From positions 186,001-250,000 of the forward strand of contig MU057744.1 in assembly GCA_013265495.1 (NCBI GenBank): 64,000 nt of DNA. The letters are read 5' to 3'. Position numbers and translations under genes: made by a program. This stretch comes from Vicugna vicugna (taxonomy: Eukaryota). Each line of letters begins with the position of its first letter. Position 1 is the first letter of the stretch. Positions 40,906 through 52,592 of the stretch are shown here, piece by piece. The notes below the pieces were generated by a model. It did not search any database and was not told the DNA's origin. It saw only the letters and a program-made list of their open reading frames with translations.

Positions 40906-41244
40906 AAAAAAATGATATAAATGAACTTATTTACAAACTAGAAATAGACTCACAGACATAGAAGATAAACTATGGTTACCACAGGGGAAGGGGGAGCGGT
41001 AACTCAGGAGTTTAGGATTAACAAATATGCACTACTATATATAAAACAGATTAAAAAACAAGGACCTAGCATGCAGCACAGGTAACTATATTCAACATCT
41101 TGTAATAACCTATAACGGATCTTAAAAAGCATATATATTATAATATATATGTATAACTGAATCAGTTTGCTGTACACCTGAAACTGAGACAACACTGTAA
41201 ATCAACTGTATTTCAATAAAAATTTAAAAAATAAAAAAAAACTT

Positions 41245-41460
41245 AAAAAGACAGAAAATACAAATGAACAAATGCTCCTCTCATTAAACTTATGAAAATA
41301 TGCTCCATCTCATGATTACTCAAAACTAAGATACTATTTTCTGTCCAAATAGGCAAAAATTTTAAAATATTACTCACATCAAATTTGACAAGGACTGGGA
41401 AAACAAGTATACTCATACACTGTTCACAAGAGTGTAAATTAATATAATCTTTTAAGAAAG
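41245..41460 (+). mobile_element. Continuation of old L1M fragment after the full-length L1
   Basis: gaaaatacaaatg...aagatactattttctgtccaaataggcaaaaatt...actcatacactgttcacaagagtgtaaatt. Confidence 0.6.
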
Positions 41461-41961
41461 AGTTTTCATTACCTACTGAAGTTTTAAAAAGTACATTGCC
41501 CTTCAATCTATGCCTAGTTGTCAATGTACACACTATGAAAATACTGGAATAATGTGCATGTACAAAAGACATTCAACCCAGCATATATTTAAGAAAACTG
41601 GCAACACCATTGGTAATAGAAAATAAATTACATTATATCAAATATTATGAAACATATTACAACTAAAAAATTGATCTATTGCACGACAACATGAATATAC
41701 TTAACACTATTTAAATACACAAAGGTCTTCTCTAGGATATACTTTGAAGCAAAAAAAAAGCTAGAAATCCAATTATATAATATATACACTAATTTCGAAT
41801 TCTATTATGTATGTATTTATAAAATAAATGTTCTAAAGATCTGGAAAGATAAAAACCATTAACAGTAAGAACATCTGTGGCAATTACGGAAGTAAATGAA
41901 TAAAAATCTGCCTTATTTGTATTATCATTGAAATACACTTTTAAAAGATTTATTTCCTTAC

Positions 41962-42052
41962 CTACAGTGTACCAACTCGCATCTGTTAATTTATTGATTA
42001 CAGCTTCCTGATAGGCACCGTCAAGATTCTTCACTTCCACAATAGCTCCAAC
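41962..42052 (-). CDS. ARID4B: ARID4B coding exon (~exon 5), 91 nt, [30 protein letters not shown]
   Basis: tactttag|GTTGGAGCT...GTAG|gtaagg; phase 0-1; overlaps ORF 41789..42040. Confidence 0.95.
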
Positions 42053-42114
42053 CTAAAGTAATAAAAAAAAAAGTTACAAAAACTTTTAGAAGATGAATAA
42101 ACAAATCAAAAAGT

Positions 42115-42335
42115 GTCTTTTTTCCCCCGCTAATTGGGTACATGGCAGGTGAAGAATAAAATAACTGATCTGATTTGTGTTAATGTGCCAGCAGTTTTAC
42201 TTAACACTGTTTTTGTACCATTAATGAAAAAGTTAAATACTATCTAAGTATTATTATGAAAATAGCTTTTCCAGTATTATGTCCCTGAAAGAGCCTTGGG
42301 AACCCTTGGGGGTCTGAGGAACCCTGCCTGTGAAA
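42115..42335. mobile_element. Charlie1-like (hAT) terminal fragment
   Basis: tgatttgtgttaatgtgccagcagttttac...taagtattattatgaaaatag...ccctgaaagagccttgggaacccttggggg matches the recalled Charlie1 end. Confidence 0.7.
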
Positions 42336-42438
42336 TTTACTGTCTGAACCATATCACCACTTCTTTTTCAAGGAGGCTGGGAAGAGTAGGAAAAAATAAG
42401 AAATAACTTCGGGGTCTCCTTGAGAGTTAAACTGTACC

Positions 42439-42669
42439 GGGGGGGTGGGAAGGGACAGACTGGGATTTCAAAAGGTAGAATAGTTAAACAAGATTATACT
42501 GTAGAGCACAGGGAAATATATACAAGATCTGGTGGTAGCTCGCAGCGAAAAACAATGTGACAATGAATATATGTATGCTCATGTATAACTGAAAAATTGT
42601 GCTCTACACTGGAATTTGACACAACATTGTAAAATGACTATAACTCAATAAAAAAAGTTTTTTAAAAAA
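42439..42669 (+). mobile_element. Young 5'-truncated L1 3' end with perfect 14-bp TSD
   Basis: agttaaactgtacc at 42425-42438 and 42670-42683; L1 3'UTR body, AATAAA and A-tail. Confidence 0.92.
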
Positions 42670-42758
42670 AGTTAAACTGTACCATTAATGACAATCATTT
42701 AAAATAGCTTCATCTGATCAAGAAAATGCTGATGATTACATTCATATGGTCTTTATAA

Positions 42759-44281
42759 CTATATCAAACTCTTAACACTTCTGCACGGCAAAGAAAATCA
42801 TCAACAATTTGAAAAGGCAACCTACTGAATGGGAGAAAATGTATCTGCAAATCATGTATCTGACAAGGGGTCAAAAATCAATATATAAAAAGAACTCATG
42901 CAATGCGACAGTGTAAAAACAAAAACAGTCCAAGTGAAAAATGGACAGAGGTTCTCACATTATTTACAAAAATAATCTCCAAATGGATTAAATATAAGAC
43001 TGGAAACCATAAAGCTCCTAGAAGAAAATGTATACTCTTTGACATCACTCTTAGCAATATTCTTTGGATCTGTCTCCTAAGGCAAAGGAAAAAACGCAAA
43101 AATAAACAAATGGGACCTAATTAAACTTAAAAGCTTTTGCACAACAAATGAAAAGACAACTTACTAAATGAGAAAATATTTGCAAATGATATAACTGACG
43201 GGAGTTATTATCCAGAATATATGAACAGCTCACACAGCTCAATATGAGTAAAATAAACAACCTGATTAAAAAATGGGCAGAAGACCTGCATAGACATTTT
43301 TCCAAAGAAGAAAAGACATATAGATGGCAGACTGGTACATGAAAGGATGCTCAACATCACTAATCATCAGGGAAATGTAAATCAAACCCACAATGAGCTA
43401 TCTCCTAACACGTATTAAAATGGCTTATCAAAAAGACAAGAAAGAAAGTATTGGCCGGAATGTGGAGAAAAGGAAACCCTTGTGCACTGCTGGTGTAAGT
43501 TTAAACTGGTATAGCCACGATGGAAAACAGAATGGAGGGCCCTGAAAAATTAAAAATACAACTAGTATATGATCCAGCAATTCCACTGCTGGGTAGTTAT
43601 GCAAAGGAACTGAAAACACTAATTTGTAAAGATCTATGCACCCCCGTGTTCGCTGCAGCGTTAGGTACAACAGCCAAGATGATATGAAAACAATCTAAGC
43701 ATCCAATGACAGATGAATGGACAAAGATGCCTGTGTGTGTATAATTCAGCCACAGAAAAGAATTGAAACCTTGCCATCTGCAACAACATAGACCCTGAGT
43801 GCACTGCGCTGAGTGAAGTAAGTCAGACAGAGAAAGACAAGTACTATATGATATCACTTATATGTGGAGTTTAAAAAATGAGGAAAAAAACAAAACAAAA
43901 CAAAACTAAAAATATCAAGGTTACAGATACAGAGAGCAGACTGGTGGTTGCCAGAGGGGGAAGAAAGTAGAGGTGGACAAAACAGATAAAGGAGGTCAAA
44001 AGGCGCAAACTTCCAGTTATAAAATTAAAAGCCACGGTTATCACAGCATGGTGATTACAGTCAGTAATACTATATTGCATATTTAAAGAGTTGCTAAGAG
44101 GGTAAATCTTTAAAGTCCTTATCATTAGAAAAAAAATTCGCAACCATGTATGGTGATGGATGTTAACTAGACTTAATGTGGTGATCCTTCTGCAATGTAC
44201 ACAAATACTGAATCATGTTGTACACCTGAAACTAATAATGCAATATGCCAATTATACATCAATAAAAATAAAAGAAAATGT
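42759..44281 (+). mobile_element. 5'-truncated L1 (L1MA9-like 3'UTR) with an internally repeated ORF2 segment, bounded by a 15-bp direct repeat
   Basis: atatggtctttataa at 42744-42758 and 44282-44296; ORF2 C-terminal remnants, 3'UTR and AATAAA tail. Confidence 0.88.
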
Positions 44282-45049
44282 ATATGGTCTTTATAATGAT
44301 AACAGAAACAAAACTGTTCAAAGAGACTGTCAGCACAAATGCCCACAAGAGGGAATGAAATTCTAGAACTTTCACTAAATGACTACAGTCAACAAATACA
44401 TGGTTTAATTTTTTTATTTAATACTCATGTGGTCTAGTAGTATTTTCATGTGAACTCACTGAAAACATATTGAGATCAGACCATCACTCTTGGAGGCTTA
44501 TTTCCTCTAAGAGAAATATTTTATCCAAATGCTGATACTTTCTATCAGTTGACAGAAGGCTACAGAATGTATTAGGGAACAATCAAAAATCTACACACAG
44601 TCAATAAAAAAAAGTTAATTGAAAAATCTACATACAAAAAGAACTACAGACAGGAGAAATATTTTAACAATGTTGAGACCAAAATTTAATATACCTGCCT
44701 ATGTCAAAATCCAAATGGTCTTAAGCCCTAATCACAAAAAAAATTTTAATAAAATAAGAAAAACCAAAGAAGCAAAATAAATCAACTATGCCACAAAGAG
44801 GCTGGAGCAACAGGAGAGGAAGATGGCTTGATGATACAAAGTAACTGTCTTTCCTGTCCCTTGCAACACTGAACATTTTCTGTAGTTTCTACCAGCTGGC
44901 CTGTGCCAGGTGAACAGGGTAGTCAGGCACTGAAAAGCTGTGATGGTGTTATTATTAGGCAAACACACAAAAAAGGCATGAAGAGGTATGTGTTCTGATC
45001 ATCCAGAGGGCACTATGTTTAATTACAGGCTGTGAATCTACCAGAATTT

Positions 45050-45215
45050 TGGTTGTCATTACTGGCTCTAAAACCTTGGCCAGATAACTTTATCTCCCAC
45101 CTCCCTTCAGTTTCCTCTTCCATAAGGAGATGTTATGAAGATTACACAAGATAGTATGTGCGGAGGACTCAGTACAGTCCTAGCACATACTAAGTGCTAA
45201 ATGAATGGCAGCTAA
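45050..45215 (+). mobile_element. MIR SINE
   Basis: accttggccagataacttt...cttcagtttcctcttccataa...agtacagtcctagcacatactaagtgctaaatgaatg. Confidence 0.75.
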
Positions 45216-45588
45216 CATCCAATCATACACATGCGTGCTTTTGTCTTTTTGTCCCCACAAGTGACGTACATGTGCATGTAAGATGGCACCTACAAAACAG
45301 AAGGGCGGAAAATATTTTTACATGGAGAAATTTCAAAAACTTACAAATTTTAGGCCCCCACAGTACCTACTACTTATGCAAGGTACTAATGCCCTGGGGA
45401 TCCAATTAAGTTTTCAAATCAACCACAAACTGGCAGATACATACATCTATCTATTCTTTACAAAGTACAGCTTCATTAGGACAAGATACTTCATGCATCT
45501 GCAAATGCTTCTTCAGTTCTGTTAGCATTTCTTAAAATTCACTCAGCTAGGTCAACGTCCATTTCAGACACTCAAAAAGGCCAAAGAG

Positions 45589-45719
45589 AATATGAAAACA
45601 AATATATGTATGTACACGCATGACAGGGACACTGTGCTGTACACCAGAAACTGACACATGGTAACTGACTGTACTTCAATTAAAAAAAATGCATTTTAAA
45701 AATTAAAACAAAAAAAATA
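45589..45719 (+). mobile_element. Very short L1 3' end with TSD
   Basis: gggacactgtgctgtacaccagaaactgacacatggtaactgactgtacttcaatt plus A-tail; gccaaagag at 45580-45588 and 45720-45728. Confidence 0.8.
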
Positions 45720-46297
45720 GCCAAAGAGCACACAGCAGCTACCCACACACTCCCTTTAGCCTGCTCCCTAGTGGGAAGTAAAGCAGCGTGAACGTCACTG
45801 GCCAACGAAGAGAAACGGATGCAAAGAAATAAAACTCTGTACGTATGTCCTTGTTCATCATGTACAGCTCCCTGACAACCCTGAAACAATTTCATATGCC
45901 AGCAGCTGCTTTAAAGAATTAAAATGTCTGAGATTTTTTATATTTTTTTTGTTTTCTCACTTTTCATATCATCATGGAACTTACGTCACTTGATCCCCAG
46001 TTCACCTCCTATTAATTCTGGAAATTCCATCATTTTAGTATGTGAAACATAGTGAGACCAAAACAGGTGAGTAAACAGACAGCAATCAGTGCTTCCTTGA
46101 TGTTCATTTCATTTCTGAGCACAGTTAGGATATCAGGTTTTACTGAACACCATGTCTACTTTTTTCTATTAGTCTATTTAGAGAGAATTATGTATTTATC
46201 AATTCAATAACAAAGTAATCAATTAATTTTTAAAAGACCAAGCACAATTATTATTTCCCATTGAAGCATTAGAATTAATAGTGAATAAATGAATTAC

Positions 46298-46363
46298 CTT
46301 TAGCGGGCCCTTTATGTGGTCATCCTGAACTTCCACTGTTGAAGAATCATGCCTAAATGTTAC
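46298..46363 (-). CDS. ARID4B: ARID4B coding exon (~exon 4), 66 nt, VTFRHDSSTVEVQDDHIKGPLK
   Basis: tctctag|GTAACATTT...CTAAAG|gtaatt; phase 0-0. Confidence 0.95.
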
Positions 46364-46759
46364 CTAGAGATTATAAAGTTTATTAGCCAACAAAAAAGAA
46401 AAAAAAATCAAGCAACACAAGCTCATCAAATGAATCCATTTTTATTACAAGTAATCCAAACAGCTGCCTAGTTTATACAAAATCTCAATCCCTAAGTAGA
46501 TTAACTGAAAATTTTATTATTCAGACAGAAAAGTTCCCAGACTAACTAACTTACTTGATGTTTCACAGATCATATTTTATGCAATACTATTAGTTATTAG
46601 TTTAACTGTATAATTTCTTTTCCTAAAAAAACATGAGGGAAAAAGAGGTGGCAATCTTAGGCTGTTGTATGAGGTACTCCACCCTTTTGTGAAGGCCCAG
46701 CTCACAACAAGCAACAGCAACCCTCACTCAGAGAGCCTAGCATCAGGCTCAAGCATCAA

Positions 46760-46930
46760 ATATATAATCTTCACAACACCCTTATTAGGTAGGTATAATT
46801 ATTCCCATTATGTTGGTAAGAAACCTGAGGGACGGAAAGGTTAAGTGACTGGCCCAGGATCACAGAACTAGGACATGGTGGAGCTGAGACTGAAACTCAG
46901 GCCATCTAGATCCAGAACTCTGTATCACTA
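46760..46930 (-). mobile_element. MIR SINE
   Basis: aatcttcacaacacccttattaggtaggtataattattcccatt...aggttaagtgactggcccaggatcacagaacta...ggagctgagactgaaactcagg. Confidence 0.85.
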
Positions 46931-49073
46931 CAGAAATCAGAGAATGGAATACCAGACATGGAGTAACAATAAAGGGGTAAGTTTAAATATTTAATTAGTT
47001 GGTTAAAAAACAAAACAGCTTCCTGTGTTCAGTACAGAAAAGGTTGTTTTCCCTGTACAAAGCAGGAGTTCTTACAGGGACTGAACCATTAACGTGGTCT
47101 TATTTGATGTGCATGGTCATTAACTTAGGTAACAGACTCACAAACCAGGTATGAAAGGACAGATCCTATACTCACAGCATCCCAGGCATTTCTGTTTCAT
47201 ACAACAGCACTGTAACACTTTATTTAAATTATGTGTTTAGATGTCTGCATCTTTCACTCAGACTTAAGCCACTTAAGGATGAAAACAAGATGTAAATCCT
47301 AGAGTTTCAACACCTGACATAGTGCTTAGCACATAGTCAATGCTCAATAAGGGAAAACTGATGGGGAAGAAGTGTATCAACACATTGCTGAAAAATTTAT
47401 TAACTTTGAATCATAAACAAATTAAACTGGCACCGAAATATATTACGATTCTTGTTGAGAAAATCATTAGCTTTGAATTACAAGCAGATTTTTTCAGGGC
47501 AGCCACAAATACTAACAGCAAATTTCAGACAGTCAATATTTATAAGGCACAAGGTTCTGGTTGGCACTATCAGCAGAAGCAGTAGAAACTAACAGTTCTC
47601 GTCCTTTTACTGACACCAAGAAACAGCAGAGTTGCTACCTGCCATTTAGCTGGTTCACTCATTACCCAGAGCCCTCGAGCTGCGATTACCAGTCAGGGCC
47701 CGGAACTAACGCAGCACGGGGCCTGGCGCAGCGCTGCTCCGGCCCACGTGAAGCACCTTTCCTCACCCGCACGGAAGTGCTCACCTACAGGCCAAGCTCT
47801 GCTGAGGAAGGTCTCTACCGGAAGGGAGGGGTTTTGTCTAACTCACACGAAGATGTTACATGTGTGAGCAGTAGCTCTGTCTAAAAGAGTGAGAAAACTG
47901 ATAAAAAAAAAAAAAGCTTTCTCTTCATCTCTAAGATAGTAACGGCAAAAAACAAGTGCTCAGAGAACAGCAGTGTGTGAAGTCACAACAGGAAATGCCA
48001 CTGTAAGAGCACTGGAAGATGGTCAAACCACAAACGGCGCTCACAGGCACCAAGCACGTGCAAACTGACGGCAGGGTGGGGCACCGGGACCGACATCCTG
48101 CAGGCTTACAGTTCATTTAAAGGCCCGATCACAATGGCTCTGTGTAAGGGAGAATCACCCAGGCAGTTTTCTTCAACACATCCACGTGCAAGGAAGGAAC
48201 CTAGGCGTACAACGCACAGAAAAGGCTCCAAAGAGTCTCTGACACTCTCCCCTGGAAGTATATCACCTCCAAGGCCTGTTTAACTTCTGGTGTTCAAACC
48301 AACGTTTTGCAGGCCATCTGCTAATCTGGAATATAAATCCCTTGGAAACAGAGATCAGGTTATTCTCATACCCCCATCCTCCTTCCCATCTAACAGAGTA
48401 ACCTGCACAATTTGCCAATCAATAAATGATTAACAAAAGAATAAAGATCTACCTTGAAATCTCTCTCGTCTCATATTTTTCAACACTGAAAATTTACTAA
48501 AATGTAAAGAACTACATTTCTTTTTGTGCATTATCTGAGACAAAGCACAGATTTTTAGAAAGATTTTTCAGGAAAAGTAAAGGGTAAGGAATCCACAACT
48601 AGTTCCACGATCGTCAGTTATAAATCACATCCCAATCTCGTGGTTAAATCTGTAGGGGCGGGGGTGTCTTAGAACTGAGGTGCTATGGTCATTCCCATTC
48701 TGCCACTAATTTGCTATAATGACCCTGGAGAAATCACTAACCCTTTATGAACCTCATTTTTCTTACAATAAAATTAAGAAATTAAACCATATGACTTCTA
48801 AGTTCCTTTCCAGCTCTAAAAGGCTAATGATACAAACAGTAACAAGTCTGTGGTGAAACAGCATTGAAAATACCAGCTAGGATCATCTAATTTCATTCTA
48901 ACTGCAATACTTTAAAATCACAAATAATGCTTTGTTTTCAGGTATTTTTACAATCATCACTCCTAGAAACGAAATTCATCTTGCAGGAAAAAAATTCTTA
49001 AATACACTCACCAAATAAAAGTTTAATTATCAAGTACTAAACATGTAATTTATAAAATCTACACATACTGTAC

Positions 49074-49184
49074 CTTGACTTTGACAAGTCTTTTTGCTGT
49101 CTTGATCTTGGCTTCACAAAAGGCTCCTCTGTATTTCGCACTCACATCAGTGCCCACTGTCAAATAGGGAGGCTCATCAAGGGC
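49074..49184 (-). CDS. ARID4B: ARID4B coding exon (~exon 3), 111 nt, [37 protein letters not shown], Tudor
   Basis: ttttag|GCCCTTGAT...GTCAAG|gtacag; phase 0-0. Confidence 0.95.
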
Positions 49185-49954
49185 CTAAAAATGCAAAGAA
49201 ATATAATTAGATTTTAACTCTCCAATTCTTCTCCACAATCAGACCATAGATTGGAGGATCCAATCCTACTGTAGTTTTAAAAGTTGTAATAGATGGGTGT
49301 ATTTGTTAACAATAACAATCCATCAAATACTTTAACTTAAAAATAAGTAAGTATGTATCCTAAAGCCTGTGTAAATGTACTAAAATGTACATCACACAAA
49401 ACAAAGGCATCCTTTTTCTCTCTGTAAAATACATACGGTCCATGATGTGAATTAGCTCAAACACAAGTATATCATTCCATCCACCCCTCCATCTACCCAT
49501 TCATTCAAATATTTTTGTCCTAAACGACCACTGAAAGAGAAGGCAGATCCTTAGAGCTCAGTCTGAGAAAGTTCCAATATTTAGGCTATCTCTTGCCAGC
49601 CACTCAAATTCAGAATGGCTCTGTTATATCCCTATCTAGGCAATTCTATGGCAGACGAGCATGCGAGTGGCTGAGGAGGGACTCATGTACTCAAACTACT
49701 GGTGAAAACTAGATGAAGAAACTCAATCTAAAAAGTCTCCAGTAAAAATGAGCCACAATGTCTCCAATGCTTTGGCATGGGTTCACTGTTTATTTCCTAT
49801 CTATAATAAATATTAAGTTTCCTCACTTGTGATTTAATTCTTAACAGTCCTAATCTAGCTGCTCTTTTTATAATTAGGTGCTTTTCTTCACAGGATCTAT
49901 ATTTCTATGGAGGTCTATGTATATTAAACAACTTCATAGTCAAAGATTATGTAA

Positions 49955-50168
49955 GTAACTTTTCCCAAAGTGTTTTAAAAGAAATACTAACATCCCAAGA
50001 TGCTCCACCAGAAGGAGTTGGAAGTTTGGGAAAATCAGTTTATTGAATGAATTCCCACTCTGCCTCATCATTTTCCCAATCTATTTGTCCAAAGAACCCT
50101 TTTTTTCTATTAACATCTAGTAACATCCTGCAGAAATTCCGTACACCATAGGCTGAAAAATGCTGCTA
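49955..50168. mobile_element. Degenerate hAT-Charlie MITE (MER112-like)
   Basis: tttcccaaagtgt...gtttgggaaa and ttttcccaatctatttgtccaaagaaccctttttt...gaaaaatgctg nested inverted-repeat pattern; related piece at ~9275-9365. Confidence 0.5.
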
Positions 50169-51674
50169 TTCAGCAATAAATAATGAAAACATTCATTTCA
50201 TTTCAATCTTAAAATACATTCCCCCTTAATAGTTCTGGCTAATACACACAGAAGAGAAAGACCCTCCCTCAAAAAAAGATACTCTAATGCTCTAACAAAA
50301 GCGACCGTAAGTCTATCAAATAACTTTAATAACCCTTTTAAAGGTGGGGAGGCACCACAAACCACAAGGACGCTGCGGCCACCAGCGTCAGGCCGGCCTC
50401 CTAGTGGCCCCTGGCCTCCCGTTCTATGTACTCCATGAAAAGCATTTAAAAAAAAACTCAAAACATATCAAGTATATACTTTTTTAAATCTACTTAGGAA
50501 AGTGCCTGTATTTCAATTTATTTATGCCATAACAGAGGTGTATCCTCATAGAATGATAATCATATCTGCAATGCTACCTTTCAAATTTGTTGGTATCATT
50601 AACTACAATTTGATAGCTCTGTACTGTTCCTGCACACACTTCAAGTTCATAAATGCATTTCAACCTCATGCCTTAGCCCTCTTAAAATATCATTTTCCCT
50701 TGGTCAAAATTTTGATTAAATTTCAGACAAGCTAGTAGCTTTATTTTAGCAAGAATACGAAAGGGATTCACAATACTTCACTCATAAACTATGAAATTTT
50801 CAGTAAGACATCAATTCACTTTGTGGTTCAATTGATATTGTGTGTTATTGCTAGAAAAGCCCAAAGGGTATAGCACACTTCAGGGCCGCAAGGCTCATTA
50901 CTCTCCACAACTTGCAAGCTCTCCCATGAACACTTCCTGCCTTATTAGCCACTAAAAATTTATTTTCATAGACAAATAGTACAGTTAAATAAAACTAATG
51001 AGGAACCCAAAATTGTGAAATGTAGAAGAGAATAAGAGATCATTTAAAAGTTGCATGTGACAAATATTTCAGAAGCAATATTTTAGATATTTTTATTACA
51101 GAGACTTTTGAACAAAGAATAGTTTTGTGTTCCTAAAGTCTCATCACTAGATGAATATAATAATGAATTCTGTATACATCTGTTTAACAAGCCTATGTCA
51201 AAGAATTGGCGTTACAAAGCTGGTCAGAATGAGACACGATCATCTGGAACTGAAACTATGCCCCAAAGTACGCGAATTTCTAGAGAGAAACAAACGAAAC
51301 TCACAACCTACACGGTCAGGCTTGTATGTGTAATTCTGGTGGACCACGACGATCACTCTGTCACTAGCACAACGTGGGACCAAAAGCACAGGCTTTCAGA
51401 GCAGAATGACAGGGTCCTCATCCCAGCCCTCCTCCGTGTGCTAACCAGTGAGCCATCGGAGGCTGCTGAACCTTCAGTTTCCACATCAGGAAAATAGGGT
51501 CACCGTTAGAAAGTACTCCGTCATGAAGCCCAGAGTGTGCAGCCATTCAGTTACTATTAATATGATGAAACACTCAGTGTGGGCAAACAAGACATTGTAA
51601 TAGCCAATGCAAATTCAGATTTGACACGCTTCCTTTTTTTCTTTTTAAAATGGGAGAGGCAAAATCTCACTGTA

Positions 51675-51800
51675 TTTTGGGAGGGGGGAGGGGGGATTAG
51701 GGTTTTGTTTTGTTTTGTTTAAGAGGAGATACTAGGAATTGAACCCAGGACCTCGTGCATGCTAAGCATGAGCTCTATCACTTGAGCTATACCCTCCCCT
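51675..51800 (-). mobile_element. tRNA-Ala-derived SINE (Vic-1 type)
   Basis: Reverse strand reads GGGGAGGGTATAGCTCAAGTGATAGAGCTCATGCTTAGCATGCACGAGGTCCTGGGTTCAATTCCTAGTATCTCC followed by (CAAAA)n-CCTAAT-CCCC tail. Confidence 0.88.
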
Positions 51801-52079
51801 AAAAACTTCATTTTAAATGACTGCTCATCCTAAGTACATACAAGATGAAAATAAACCATTTTTCTCACTTTTATCAAAGATATCTATATTGTTATATATA
51901 CACACATATTAAAAATAAGAAGAGCTGTTAAAGAGGGATTAACTGATGAGAAAGGCACTGGAATAGAGTACGTACATGAAAATATTTTGTTCAAAGTAAA
52001 TCTTCCTGATTTTCTTTAAAAGTTCCTTTTTTTTGTTGTTTTTTGTTTGTTTTACAATTGGCATGTATTCTTTGCTTTT

Positions 52080-52270
52080 TAAAATGTATACTAAGGAACA
52101 TTTCAAACATATAAAAAAGATGACAGAATATATAATAAATGCTTCATATACTCATAACCTGGCTCCCACAATTATCACCTCAGATAATTTTGTCTCATCT
52201 ATACCCCTACCCACTCCTCCCAAACTCGGATTATTTTCAAGGAAACCCTAGATATTATATTACTTCACCA
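52080..52270 (-). mobile_element. Old L1 (L1MC-like) 3' fragment
   Basis: catttcaaacatataaaaaagatgacagaat...tttgtctcatctatacccctaccc...ggattattttcaaggaaaccctagatatta. Confidence 0.65.
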
Positions 52271-52384
52271 AAACAACAAAAAGTACTTTTATCGATTGTG
52301 ACTGGGATTATGGGCTATTCTGAATTTTCTTATTAACATTTTTCTACATTCTTCCATGCATATGGAATGATTTTATTAATAAGA

Positions 52385-52592
52385 GTCGGTGTAACACAGT
52401 AATTAAGAGCACAGGCTCTTGAATTAGATGCTTAGGTTCAAATCTAACACTTAGTAGCCAAAAGACCTTGCTTGCCTCTGGATGTCACAAATAGTGACTA
52501 TCTCACAGGGATGAGAATGAAATGTTACATGTAAAATGCTTAGAACAGGATCCAGCATACAATACCAAATAAAGGCTATTATTATTACTTAA
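52385..52592 (+). mobile_element. MIR SINE
   Basis: gtaattaagagcacaggctcttgaattagatgcttaggttcaaatc...atgtaaaatgcttagaacag...ctattattatt. Confidence 0.8.

Larger units (their letters stand above)
34930..41242 (+). mobile_element. Full-length, inactivated cetartiodactyl-type LINE-1, antisense to ARID4B
   Basis: 5'UTR start (aaatggtggagaagaaggatcctgaactcacctcctctc), ORF1 and ORF2 remnants in the ORF track, 3'UTR, AATAAA at 41215-41220 and A-rich tail. Confidence 0.95.
3714..49184 (-). other. ARID4B: ARID4B gene body (partial; 15 internal coding exons, start and stop outside window)
   Basis: Spliced exons translate to [59 protein letters not shown]...[10 protein letters not shown]. The residues ALDEPPYL and VTFRHDSSTVEV match ARID4B rather than ARID4A as I recall them. 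All junctions are GT-AG with consistent phases. Confidence 0.97.

Noticed and set aside
34930..41242. Full-length L1 as an active element
   Set aside because: Both ORFs are broken by many stops and frameshifts, and the RT domain has a deletion.
51679..51702. G-quadruplex-like G-runs
   Set aside because: They are the C-rich SINE tail read on the opposite strand and need no separate explanation.
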